Positions 13,301 through 24,423 of a stretch of DNA of 64,000 nucleotides are shown here, in pieces. The DNA lies in the NCBI GenBank assembly GCA_904063045.1, contig CAJFCJ010000006.1, positions 2,346,946 through 2,410,945 of the forward strand, given 5' to 3'. A program made the translations under genes and the position numbers. The stretch comes from Dimorphilus gyrociliatus. Taxonomy: Eukaryota; Animalia; Annelida. The notes below the pieces were generated by a model. That model saw only the letters and a program-made list of their open reading frames with translations, did no database searches and was not told the DNA's origin. Numbering within the stretch: the first letter of the stretch is position 1; every line of letters starts with the position of its first letter.

Positions 13301-15083
13301 AATATATCTTTTTTTTTAAGCTTCCTCTCCTTTTCTCACATGTGTAGTTACAGTGCTAAAAGATTCACAATACTTTTATATTTACATATGTCATTCTCTC
13401 TTTCTTTCTTTCTTGCTTTCTTTCTTTTTTTTTTCTTTCTCTCCTCCTCTCCTAAGCCATTACAGATTCAATTCATTAACTTTTTCTCACACAAACTTCT
13501 GTTTGATTAAATCTATAAAGACTTACGGAAGAAAGCGAACTTTTAATTAATTGACAAGATATATGCTACAAAAGAGAAAAATAAAGCTGTAGTAATTACA
13601 GTAGCACGATATAGTTACATTCGGGATGTAAACATACTAAATAAAAATTTTTTAAAACGTTACATAATAAGGGAGATGCTGCATAATGATTATATAACAC
13701 TGGCTAAGATGCAAAATACAAAAAGAGTTTTTTACAAAGAAACTTTCAATTCGAAGGAGACCATTCGAATTAAACTACTCTGTATAGAAAAATGTACCGA
13801 ATATATATATATATATATATATGCATATATACCGATATATAATGCTATATTATATATTTGCATCTACACTATATATATATATATATATATAAAACATTAG
13901 GCTTTAGCCTACATCCACTCACACTTCCAAAATATTTATCAAGCAATTCCACATAACGATGTATGATCTCCAATGTTAGTAGTTCGTTATCATTGTTTTC
14001 CACACAGCAACAGAAGTATAAGCTAGCGTACCTGTTCGTATTTTTATATTAAAAACTTTTTAATTCTATAATTAATATATTTAACCTAGTTGTTTCATCC
14101 TTAATTTCTATAACTTAATTATCATCTTTTTTTATTGTGTAATTAAAAAAGGGAAAATACATAAATAAATGAAAAAGATTCATTGATAATCACAAAACAA
14201 TACAAGAAGATACGTGAACGCTGTTGTTGAAATAAATAAAGTGAAAATAGGAAAAGAAGTGAAGTAATAAATCACCCAATAGATGTAGCAAATTTTTGTG
14301 AAAAGTGTGTGTACAGTATACAATATACATTATATTATATACACATACATATTCATGTATATGTATATATAATATAATATATAGCTTTCTTAGAAAAATC
14401 TAGAAACTTACGTTTCCAAAATATTTATCTAACAGCTCAACGTAGCGGTGAATTAATTCAAGAGTCATTAATTCATTATCAGTGTGTTCAATACAACAAC
14501 AGAAGTATAAACTTGCATACCTGTTTTATTTTGTTTTGATTTGATTTAATTATTTTTGAATAAAAACAAAAAGAAAAAGTTTGTTCAAGTAAATAAAAAA
14601 TAAAAAACAAAATAAATTTTCTGCAATAATTCAATGAAAAAATTGATAAAATAGAAAAAGTTCTTTTTTTTAAAAACTACAAAAATCGTGCATTAATTCT
14701 TTTTTTTTTAAGTATAAATTAGTAAATGGAAAAAGTGTTTATTTATTTACTTTATTAATAATTACTGTACTATAAATATAAAAATTTTTACAGTATAAAA
14801 GGAGAAGGAGGGAGGGGGGGCTTAAGTAAACTTACCGTTTGTAAACGATTTTCATATCCTTCCATTCTATGAAACTGCACATTTTTGGTTTTCTAGATAG
14901 AACGGTTGTAATTAATTCTCTGGTTATTTTTTTCTTTGTTTTCTCTGGATGTGCTCCATACCATTTTTGTAACCGTAATTTGCCTTGCCGGCTAAATAAT
15001 AGCATAAACTGCATCTAAGAAAATAATGATAATTAATACGTTAAATGGCGGTCTCCTTTCTCATGTATCGTTAAACTTACCAT
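10340..15083 (-). CDS. AP1S: AP-1 complex sigma subunit; exons ATG(15083-15081), 15014-14835, 14520-14412 OR 14031-13923, 12734-12597, then one of several terminal exons (e.g. 11756-11712, 11086-11042, 10384-10340)
   Basis: [61 protein letters not shown] and [20 protein letters not shown] are AP-1 sigma motifs. Canonical splice sites on every listed exon. Confidence 0.95.
13800..13890. repeat. Two (TA)n microsatellites in the AP1S intron
   Basis: Visible TA runs at ~13800-13821 and ~13871-13890. Confidence 0.9.
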
Positions 15084-15989
15084 ATTTTAAGAGGATTCTG
15101 TAGCCTGAGATTTTGGTATTATGGTTGAAAAATTTTTTGAATACTTAAGTTGAATGTATATATACGAATTTATTTAATTTTATGTGTGTCAACTGACAGA
15201 TGGTTACATGCCGCAAGGGCTACAGGTTCCGCGCTACTTGAATTATTTATTATATTGTAAAGGAATGTATTCCATGCTGAATCACATGACAAAATAAGCC
15301 AATTTTTGTACATTTTTCAATCAATACACGGAAAATCAATTATGCTAACTACAAGCATATTTATTCCTAAACTGAGTATATTAATATATGCATCCAATAT
15401 AATATAGGCACGAAACTCATCAGCAATAAATGTTTTATGAAATGAGTTTGTGGCGCGAAAGTATCGCAGTGAAATATACTAAAAGTTGAAAGGTCAAATA
15501 AAAAAAAAGTTGAAGATTAATTTCCGGCGACTTCACGACTACGAAAATGCTGGGCTTTATTTTGCGAAAAAACGTGGTATTTTCAAGCATTAAATCAATA
15601 TGCGGTTGGAAAAATATCGCAAGACAATGCTCTACTAGGTAATAATGGACTATCGATAGTTATTGCCTCTTTTATCCTTTAAATATCATATATCTAACTA
15701 AACAGAGTACTGAACTTATTGTAGACCATTACGTGCTACATAATAGCTGAATTATTAATAATTTGAAATAGCATGTAAAAAAAAATACAAGCTTTTTAAT
15801 GATATGAACAAGTCTTCCTCAATATTATAAATTCTTAAAAAGTCAATTGTTTATATTAACAGAGACTTGTCTGCTCTCAAATTTTTTTTATACTTCTCTA
15901 CAACAAAATCAATTGTTGATTATATGTTTAAAATATGTAATATGCTTGCTTTCTGACAGCAATACTATAATTTTTTCCTTCTGTTTCGA

Positions 15990-17026
15990 ATGATTAGAAT
16001 TTTTAACGTTTATATCTTTGAAAATCCCTTATTAATGATAGTTAAACTAGCTGTTTGACTGTTCGTATAGTCATTTGTTTTAAAACCTGCTCTTTCTCTC
16101 CATGTCAGTTCCATCACATCCAATTATATCGAGGTACACAACATGCGATTGCATTATGAAAGAAAAGGTAATGGTAATGAGTTTATTATGTTGTTTCCCG
16201 GTGCTCTCGGATCAACTAGAACAGACTTCTTACCCCAGTTGGAAAAATTTAATGATAAAGACTTCACCCTGTTTGCTTGGGATCCTCCGGGTTACGGCAA
16301 ATCCCGACCACCACATAGACCTTGGCCAACGAAATTTTTTCAGAAAGATGCTGATACGGCAGTTGCTTTAATGAAAGCTTTAAATCCTGATAAAAAGTGG
16401 AATTTACTTGGTTGGTCGGATGGTGGTATAACAGGTTTAATTGTAGCAGGTAATCATCCGGAAATTGTTAGGAAGCTGGTAGTATGGGGATCTAATGCCT
16501 ACGTGACCGCTCAAGATATTATGGCCTATGAAAAAGTTAGAGATGTAAATGCATGGAGTGAAAAGATGCGAAAACCATATGAAGATGTATACGGAGAGGA
16601 TTACTTTCGAACAGAGTGGAGCAATTGGCAAGTGTTTTACATAGATAATTTTTAGGATTAAAAGTATTGCTATTACATAATTTTTGTTGTGTAAGAATAG
16701 GAATAGCTTATTTGAAATTTAATATTCATCAGTTAGATCTACCAGACATAAAACTTTCTGAAATCATATTCAGGTGTGACGCTATTAGCAGATATTTTAC
16801 GGAATTTAATGGTGATATTTGTAAAGATGCTATACATAAAATTGAATGTCCTACACTTGTTCTGCACGGAATGAAGGATCCTATGGTGCCTAATGAACAT
16901 CCGGAATATCTTAAAAAAGAGATTTCTGACTGCGAGACGCATTATTTTCCAGAGGGGAAGCACAACATTCACATGCGATATGCGGACGAATTTAATAAAG
17001 TTGTCAATAATTTTCTATTAAAATAG
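15990..17026 (+). CDS. BPHL: Valacyclovir hydrolase / biphenyl hydrolase-like serine hydrolase (introns 16008-16070 inferred; 16628-16773 GC-AG)
   Basis: FPGALGSTRTDF, AWDPPGYGKSRPP, nucleophile elbow GWSDGG, HGMKDPMVP and EGKHNIHMRYADEFN match BPHL. The first exon (MIRIFN) is inferred. Confidence 0.9.
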
Positions 17027-17261
17027 TAAATGACTTTGTTTTTAATTAAGCAAGAAAACTATTTCAATTTATGCAATAAAAAGTAAATTTAAAAAAAAAA
17101 ATTGTCAAAAATTTTAGAGTGCCTTGAATTTGTCCCGTAGATGGCGATAAAGTTAATTATAGAGACGCGCGAAGGGTACTGATCAAGGAACAAATCATGG
17201 CTGATGGCGGGCGGCCATTTTTAATTTTCGTATTCTGAAATGTAAGTTGAGTCTCTTTGGC

Positions 17262-17273
17262 TGCGCATGCGCA
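17262..17273. promoter_or_regulatory. NRF1/Ewg palindrome TGCGCATGCGCA upstream of Brahma, near a YY1-like GGCGGCCATTTT (~17210-17221)
   Basis: Exact match to the NRF1 consensus ~250 bp upstream of the ATG. A second partial copy TGCGCATGCG lies at 44309-44318, upstream of the IkB-like gene. Confidence 0.6.
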
Positions 17274-17525
17274 CATATACTTTGCATACTAAGATTTGTT
17301 GTTTTCTTTCACGAAATCGTTATTGCTGTCGATAAGCCGGCTTCCTGGAATTTTTTCAATATACCTAGTCCTAAGGTGGATCGGTACGTTATCATATCAA
17401 TTTTAAACCATTTGATTGCTTAAAATGGAATATATTACTTGAAATTCGCTTGATCTGCGCATAAAGAAAGCACGCCAAGGAATTTTCCACGTTCTGGTTT
17501 GATTTAACTCTATTTTTTCGTTTAG

Positions 17526-20500
17526 ATGGCTACTATGCCGAGTCCTTATCCACCATCAGGTGGACAACCCACGGATAATGCACCACCCCAAGCCCCAGAT
17601 AACCTAGAAAAAATGCAGAAAGCCATTCAGTCAATGGAGGAGAAAAACATGACCGACGATCCAAGGTATCATCAATTGGTAGCCTTAGCGAACAAGACAA
17701 AGTTGCAGCAGCAAAGTAAGAATGTTTAATCGAATACTAAACAAAGCAAAGTATTTACTTATATACCATTTAGCAGGAAAAAATAATCCGATCACTTGCA
17801 ACCAACTAGCCCAATTGAGGGCTCAGATAATGACCTATAAACTTATATCTCGCAATCAGTCAATCCCCGATAATATTCGCTTGGCTGCGGAAGGTCGATC
17901 TACATCATCAGTCGCATCACAGCCGACACCAACTCCTCCATCCATGCAATCTTTAACGTCCGGACAAAAACAGGTTAAATTAGCACCGGTTAAGAAGCCG
18001 GCTAGCCTAGATCCTCAAGAGATGCTGGTAGAGAGAGAAAATCGAATTCAAGCAAGAATAACTCATAGGATTAAAGAATTAGAAAATATGCCAACTGTAA
18101 TGGCAGACGATTTAAAAGTCAAAGCTATGATAGAGTTAAGGGCTCTTAGGCTCATCAACACTCAAAGACAATTACGTCAGGATGTTGTTTCATCAATGCG
18201 TAAAGATACAACATTAGAAACTGCTCTCGCTCCAAGAGCCTACAAAAGAGCTAAAAGACAAGGCTTGAGAGAGGCAAGAGTTACAGAGAGAATTGAAAGG
18301 CAGCAAAGACTCGAAGCTGAAAGAAGACGGCGACAGAAGCATCAAGAATATTTGAACGAGGTTATGTCGCACGCTAAAAATTTCAAAGATCATCATAGGA
18401 CTATGAGCGCTAAGATGGCCAAGATCAACAAAGCTATCTTAACTTACCATGCTAACACCGAGAGGGAAGCTAAACGAGAGCAAGAGCGTATAGAAAAAGA
18501 ACGTATCAGAAGACTTATGTTAGAAGATGAAGAAGGCTACAGAAAGTTGATTGATCAGAAAAAAGACAAACGCTTAGCATTCCTTTTGCAACAAACAGAT
18601 GAATATGTTGCCAACTTGACAAAATTGGTAGCTGCTCATAAAGTAGACGCCCAAAATAAGAAAAAAGAGATGAAGCGACAACGAAAAGAGGAACGAATGG
18701 CCAAAAATGTACTTAGAGCTGTGGGTGCCGACGGCGAAGAACGAGTGACCGTATTTGAACCTCAGTCGAATATAACTCTTAGCGGCGATGACGCACCAAG
18801 AGCACACGAACTTGATAAATGGTTGGATGAACATCCAGGTTGGCAAGTGAAGAAACAAGAAGATATTCCTGAAGACGAAGAACAAGAAAGTAGTGATGAA
18901 AGCGATGATGAAACAATTAATGATGCACGAGTTGACGTTATCGCTGAAAAGGCAGCAAAGGCTGATGATGATGACTATAGGAAAGGTGATTTGGAATCAT
19001 ATTACGGCTTAGCCCACTCTTGTACCGAAAAGATAACTGAGCAGGCTGATATGATGGTATATGGAAAATTGAAGCAATACCAATTGAAAGGCTTAGAATG
19101 GTTGGTATCGCTATATAATAACAATTTGAACGGTATTCTTGCCGACGAAATGGGTTTAGGAAAAACAATTCAGACTATCGGATTAATTACTTACTTGATG
19201 GAAAAGAAAAAGGTCAACGGACCGTACCTAATTATTGTACCTCTTTCAACTCTATCAAATTGGTTATTAGAGTTCGATAGATGGGCACCTACAGTTAAGA
19301 AGATGGCCTATAAAGGCTCCCCGAATGCAAGACGATCCTTGCAAACACAATTAAGACATACAAAATTTAATGTTTTATTGACAACTTACGAATATGTAAT
19401 GAAAGACAAAGCGGTTTTAGCCAAAATTAACTGGAAATACATGATCATTGACGAAGGACATCGTATGAAGAATCATCACAATAAGTTAACAGCAGTTTTA
19501 AATACCCACTATAACGCAGGGTATAGATTATTATTGACTGGAACCCCTCTCCAAAATAAATTACCTGAGTTGTGGTCTTTAATGAACTTTCTTTTACCAG
19601 CAATCTTTAAAAGCTGTACGACATTCGAACAATGGTTTAACGCTCCATTTGCAATGACAGGAGAAAAAGTAGAATTAAATCAGGAAGAATCTCTGTTGAT
19701 TATCAGAAGATTGCATAAGGTACTTAGACCATTCTTACTTCGTCGTCTTAAGAAAGAAGTAGAAAGTCAGCTGCCTGATAAGGTGGAATATGTTATCAAA
19801 GTTGATATGAGTGCCTTACAAAGAACAGTTTACAAGCATATGCAAAGAGGTGTAATGCTTACAGATGGTTCTGAAAAGGACAAAAAGGGCAAAGGTGGTA
19901 CCAGAGCTCTCATGAATACTCTTATGCAACTAAGGAAAATTTGCAATCATCCGTTCATGTTTAGAGACATCGAGAAGGCATTAGCTGAACACCAGGGAAT
20001 GGGCCATGATGGTAGTATTCATGGCAAAGATTTATTCAGGTCAGCTGGTAAATTTGAATTGTTGGACCGAATTTTGCCAAAAATGTATAAAACGAATCAT
20101 CGCGTTCTCCTGTTTTGTCAAATGACCACTTGTATCGATATTTTAGAGGATTTTTGTAGACTTAAAAGTTTGAAGTATCTTCGTTTGGATGGTACTACAA
20201 AATCTGAAGAAAGAGGAGAACTATTGGAACTTTTTAACAAGCCTAATTCAGATTATTTTATTTTCTTATTGTCGACAAGAGCCGGAGGTTTAGGTTTAAA
20301 TTTACAGGCAGCTGACACTGTTATTATTTTTGATTCCGATTGGAATCCTCACCAAGATTTACAAGCTCAAGATAGAGCTCATCGTATTGGTCAGAAGAAC
20401 GAAGTCCGTGTTTTACGTTTCTGCACTGTCAATTCCGTTGAAGAAAGGATTTTGGCTGCTGCAAGGTAATTTTTTTGTTTTATTAATAGCATAACAATGA

Positions 20501-21795
20501 TAATTTGAGGGATTTTTTTTCAATAAAATATAATTTTCAATTATAGATACAAGCTTAACGTCGACGAAAAGGTTATTCAGGCTGGAATGTTTAATCAAAA
20601 TTCTACATCAACTGAGAGGCGACAATTTCTCCAAGCTCTTTTGGAGCAAGCTGATCCTAATGAGGAAAATGACGCAGATGAAGTCCCCGACGATGAAACT
20701 ATTAATCAAATGTTAGCAAGAACGGAAGAAGAATTCGATCTTTTCCAAAATATGGATTTAGAACGGAGAAGGAGTGAAGCCAATGCTGGCAGTCGAAAAC
20801 CCAGATTAGTTGAAGAGTCAGAACTACCGAAATGGTTATTGAAGGAAGAAACCGAAGTAGAACGGCTGACAAGTGAACAGGAACAGGATAAACTCTATGG
20901 TAGAGGCTCTCGGGTTCGCAGGGAAATTGACTATTCCGATCAGCTAACTGAACGACAATGGTTACAAGCAATTGAAGAGGGTAATTTAGATGAAATCATC
21001 GATGAACAAAGATCAACAAAGGTAGCATCTGGAAGGTCAACTCCACAACAACCTACACCGTCACGAGGACGAAAAGCTCGTGGAGGAACATCTAACCGAA
21101 GTAGTAGGGGACGCTCAAGAACTAGTGGGAGAGTTACGCCAGCTACTGCCAACAATCCTAATCCTATGAAATTAACAAATTTAATGAGAAAGTTACTTAG
21201 CGTTGTCATCTCTTATCAAGACTCTGATGAACGCTATCTGTCGGAGCCTTTTATGAAATTACCCTCTCGTCGCGAGTTACCCGATTATTACAGACAGATA
21301 GAATTACCAATTGATTTTGAAGCTATAAAGGAACGTGTTCGAACACATATTTATCGATCTTTAGATGATTTGGAAAAAGATGTTACATTGTTATGTAAAA
21401 ATACGCAGGATTATAACATGGAAAATTCGTTAATTTATGAGGATTCTATTGTATTACATTCGGTGTTCACTAATGCCCGTCAAAGGCTGGAGGCGGATCC
21501 AAATAGTATTAAAACTCCTCCACCAAGCGAAGATGAGGAGGAAGAGGAAGCTCCTACCCCAGCTCGAGATGACATTGAAGAAGAAGACGAGGAGGAGGAG
21601 GAGGAGGAAGAAGACGATGACTGGAAAACTCCGAAGAAGAGAGGACGACGGCCTAAGGGCCATAGATCGGCAGGAAGGGGTAGGAAGAGGAAGGATGATG
21701 ATGATGACAGTGATGAAGGTATACCGAAGAAAAAAAGATCAAGGAAAAAACGAATTGTCGAGGAAGACATTAATCCAGAGGATGAAGATGAATAG
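17526..21795 (+). CDS. SMARCA4: SWI/SNF ATPase Brahma (SMARCA2/4 orthologue); introns 17716-17773 and ~20466-20548
   Basis: QLQ ([10 protein letters not shown]), HSA, BRK, SNF2 ATPase ([26 protein letters not shown]), SnAC and bromodomain ([14 protein letters not shown]) are all present. Confidence 0.97.
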
Positions 21796-22232
21796 GATGC
21801 TACATAAGTGTTGTTTCTTTTACTTTTTATGTATCAATTTAGAATTGAGATCATGATTTTGATAACATGAAAGGAAATACGTCGATTCTTCGCCCATTAC
21901 AATTATTTACTTAAGCCACTTCTTTTAAAATACAAGGATTTTCAATTTCAAGGAAAAGCTTAACTTTATCTTTACACAACAAACTCAACACGTTGTATCT
22001 TTATGACTATGGACTCAATTTATAGCGCCATCTAGCATGTGCATGCCTTTATTTTGGTTTAATGAGTAAATTACATTTTACTCAGATGTTCTTGTTTTAC
22101 ATTGTTAATACATTTATGATTGATTTTTATTATATTAAAAAAGAATAATAACTTGAATATAAAATTGTATATCGTAGAAAGAGAAAAAATGACATCCAGT
22201 AAAAAATTAATAGATCATTTATAAAGTTTGAT

Positions 22233-22625
22233 TTAAAGTTGAAGAAACTTTTGTATATCTTCATTTATTTCCTCTTCCTTTGGAACACGTCGTTTGTATA
22301 CACTAGGAACCAAATTTAAGTCGGAAAGTTCAAACTTATACTCTGGAACTTTTTCTGTTCTATATGGTGCTAAAAGATCAGCACCCCTTTCTAATTGAAT
22401 TTCATTCAACCAATTGCAAAGTCTATCTACTGTTATATTCATTCTCACGAGTGTTGAGATCAACTCTTCACCTGGATTTTTACTCTCTTCCATTTTCTCT
22501 ATTTCAAAGTTCGTCAATTTTATAAATTGTGCAATTTCCCTCCATTTGTGATCGAAATTTAACATATTAGATAATTCATCTCTGATCCGTTGTTTTAAAC
22601 ATAATAAACTTGCGTTGCGCTCGCT
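22233..22625 (-). CDS. Small intronless death-domain protein
   Basis: LSNMLNFDHKWREIAQFIKLTNFEIEKMEESKNPGEELISTL...TVDRLCNWLNEIQLERGADLL fits the death-fold helix pattern. Likely ATG 22625 (MSERN). Confidence 0.7.
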   Translation of the reverse strand, partial: SERNASLLCLKQRIRDELSNMLNFDHKWREIAQFIKLTNFEIEKMEESKNPGEELISTLVRMNITVDRLCNWLNEIQLERGADLLAPYRTEKVPEYKFELSDLNLVPSVYKRRVPKEEEINEDIQKFLQL

Positions 22626-22970
22626 CATAATTTTTAATGAAAGCGAAAGGAACAAGGTAGCTGATCGGTTAGTCACCGGTTTCAATGACCATAGAACAAA
22701 CATTTCCTAACAAGTTAGGAATTTAAGCGGCTCTCCAGTGGAAATTTTCTGGTAAGTCCCGGCTCTCTATTATCTCTCTATTTCTTAAAAATTTGTAAAA
22801 ATTTCCTATAAAAGCCACAAAACATTAGTGTACGAAAGCAACTATGTCATTTTATATATATCTACTTCCGGATCGGTAGTTACTGGTTATTGTAATCTTA
22901 CAAAATTGGAGCTGATCGGTTCAATTACGAAAGAATTTTAATGAATTTATGAAGATATTTATTATGAACA

Positions 22971-23954
22971 ATGTCAGAAAAGATTTTGGAAGAGCTGAAA
23001 GAAGTAAAAGAAAAAATCCTCTCTATTCCCAACACCGAACTTATATCATGTGTCCCTGCTATTGTCCAAATCAAGATTACTTTAACAAAGTATAAACAGC
23101 TGGTTGTATGTATGCAATTTTCTGATAATTATCCCTACGATTGCTTGCTAGTGGAGCTTAAAAGTAAACTTTTATCAGATAATTTACTTCAGAAAATGAC
23201 AAAAATATGTGAAGAGGAATTACGTAAATTTGAGGGTGAAAAACAAATAATTCATCTTGTTAAATTTGTTAAAAACTTTATTATTGATAATCCGTTATGT
23301 GTTTGTAGTGATGAGATATTATCACTTAAAAATTTATTGACAGACGGAGATGAAATTAAGCTTAAACAAAAAGTTTCAAAAATTATTTTAAAGCTTCGTG
23401 AAGGATCTTATATGATAAATAGCAGTTTTACAATACCAAATGACTATCCGGTCAGTAGAATAAATGTTACAATAAGTGATTGTAATTTACCAGAAGTGCT
23501 AAGAGTTAATTGTGAAAGTCAATGTCAGGAATTGGCAAGAAGAGCTGTAGAGCCTCCTTTGAAAAGAAAATCTTCTGATCCTCCATTTGAACCGACTCCC
23601 TCTCTTCTTAAAATATCAGAATTTATTATAAACAATGTTATAAGAAAATATCCCACTATGCTGTGTCCTTGTTGTCATAAGTCAGCTCTTCCAGCAGACG
23701 CTATGGATGTAGTCAAAGATCATCAGGCAGACCAGTTTGTAGAAAGAGTATATTGTGGACACCTATTCCATCATAAATGTATAGACGATTATATGAAAAC
23801 TCCTCCATTTACTGGCGGTAAAAAATGTCCGAGTTGCGGAAGTAGGATATTTCACGACAAATGGAGAGCCACGCCTGAGTTGGCTGAAGCTAGATGGGCT
23901 CATAAACAAGCCAGGCAACGAGAATTAGACGAGGTTGTTGATTTTCTTGGATAA
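22971..23954 (+). CDS. Intronless RWD(-like) plus RING-H2 protein, putative E3 ligase
   Basis: Two RWD-like segments (FSDNYPYD, IPNDYP) and CPCC...CGHLFHHKC...CPSC RING-H2. Confidence 0.75.
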   Translation: MSEKILEELKEVKEKILSIPNTELISCVPAIVQIKITLTKYKQLVVCMQFSDNYPYDCLLVELKSKLLSDNLLQKMTKICEEELRKFEGEKQIIHLVKFVKNFIIDNPLCVCSDEILSLKNLLTDGDEIKLKQKVSKIILKLREGSYMINSSFTIPNDYPVSRINVTISDCNLPEVLRVNCESQCQELARRAVEPPLKRKSSDPPFEPTPSLLKISEFIINNVIRKYPTMLCPCCHKSALPADAMDVVKDHQADQFVERVYCGHLFHHKCIDDYMKTPPFTGGKKCPSCGSRIFHDKWRATPELAEARWAHKQARQRELDEVVDFLG

Positions 23955-24187
23955 TACTCAACCTTCTAGGAAATAAAAGAAAACAAAGTTTCTTTTCAAT
24001 ATGAGAATTCTATTTATTTTTAAAATCTATTGAGAAAATAAAAAGACACAAATTTACACAAAATTCTTTAGAAAATCATCTTTCCTTGTGCCTATTTTCG
24101 TTATTTTCCGTTAATTGGAGACGTTTCGAAAGGAAGACGTCAAGTCTAGAGTTTAAATATTAAATTTAGTCTTATAGTTTACAGCTC

Positions 24188-24260
24188 GGTCGCGTAGTGT
24201 AGTGGTTATCACGTTCGCTTTACACGCGAAAGGTCCCCAGTTCGAGCCTGGGCGTGACCA
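24188..24260 (+). tRNA. tRNA-Val (anticodon TAC)
   Basis: 73-nt cloverleaf: acceptor GGTCGCG/CGTGACC, D arm TAGTGTAGTGGTTATCAC, anticodon arm TTCGC-TTTACAC-GCGAA, T loop GTTCGAG. A T-run Pol III terminator follows at ~24262. Confidence 0.97.
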
Positions 24261-24423
24261 GTTTTTTTTCTTTTTTTTATTTTATTAAAATGGATTGGTT
24301 AGGGGAATTGTCGATTTGATAAAAGTAATTATAGAATGATTGACTAAATATTAGAATTAGCTATCGCAAACGCTTTTAATATTGTATTGATTTGTGGAAT
24401 AATATTTTAAAAAGTAGGTTAAC

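Noticed and set aside
12797-13900. Hydrophobic I/Y/F-rich ORFs in AP1S introns
   Set aside because: Products of AT-rich, TA-repeat sequence with no start context or homology.
14324-14382. Near-palindrome in the intron between the AP1S mutually exclusive exons
   Set aside because: Made almost entirely of TA/CA low-complexity sequence, so pairing is expected by chance. It cannot be claimed as a docking/selector structure.
18214-21856. Several antisense and alternate-frame ORFs over Brahma
   Set aside because: Shadow ORFs of a long coding region and its acidic low-complexity tail; no domain content.
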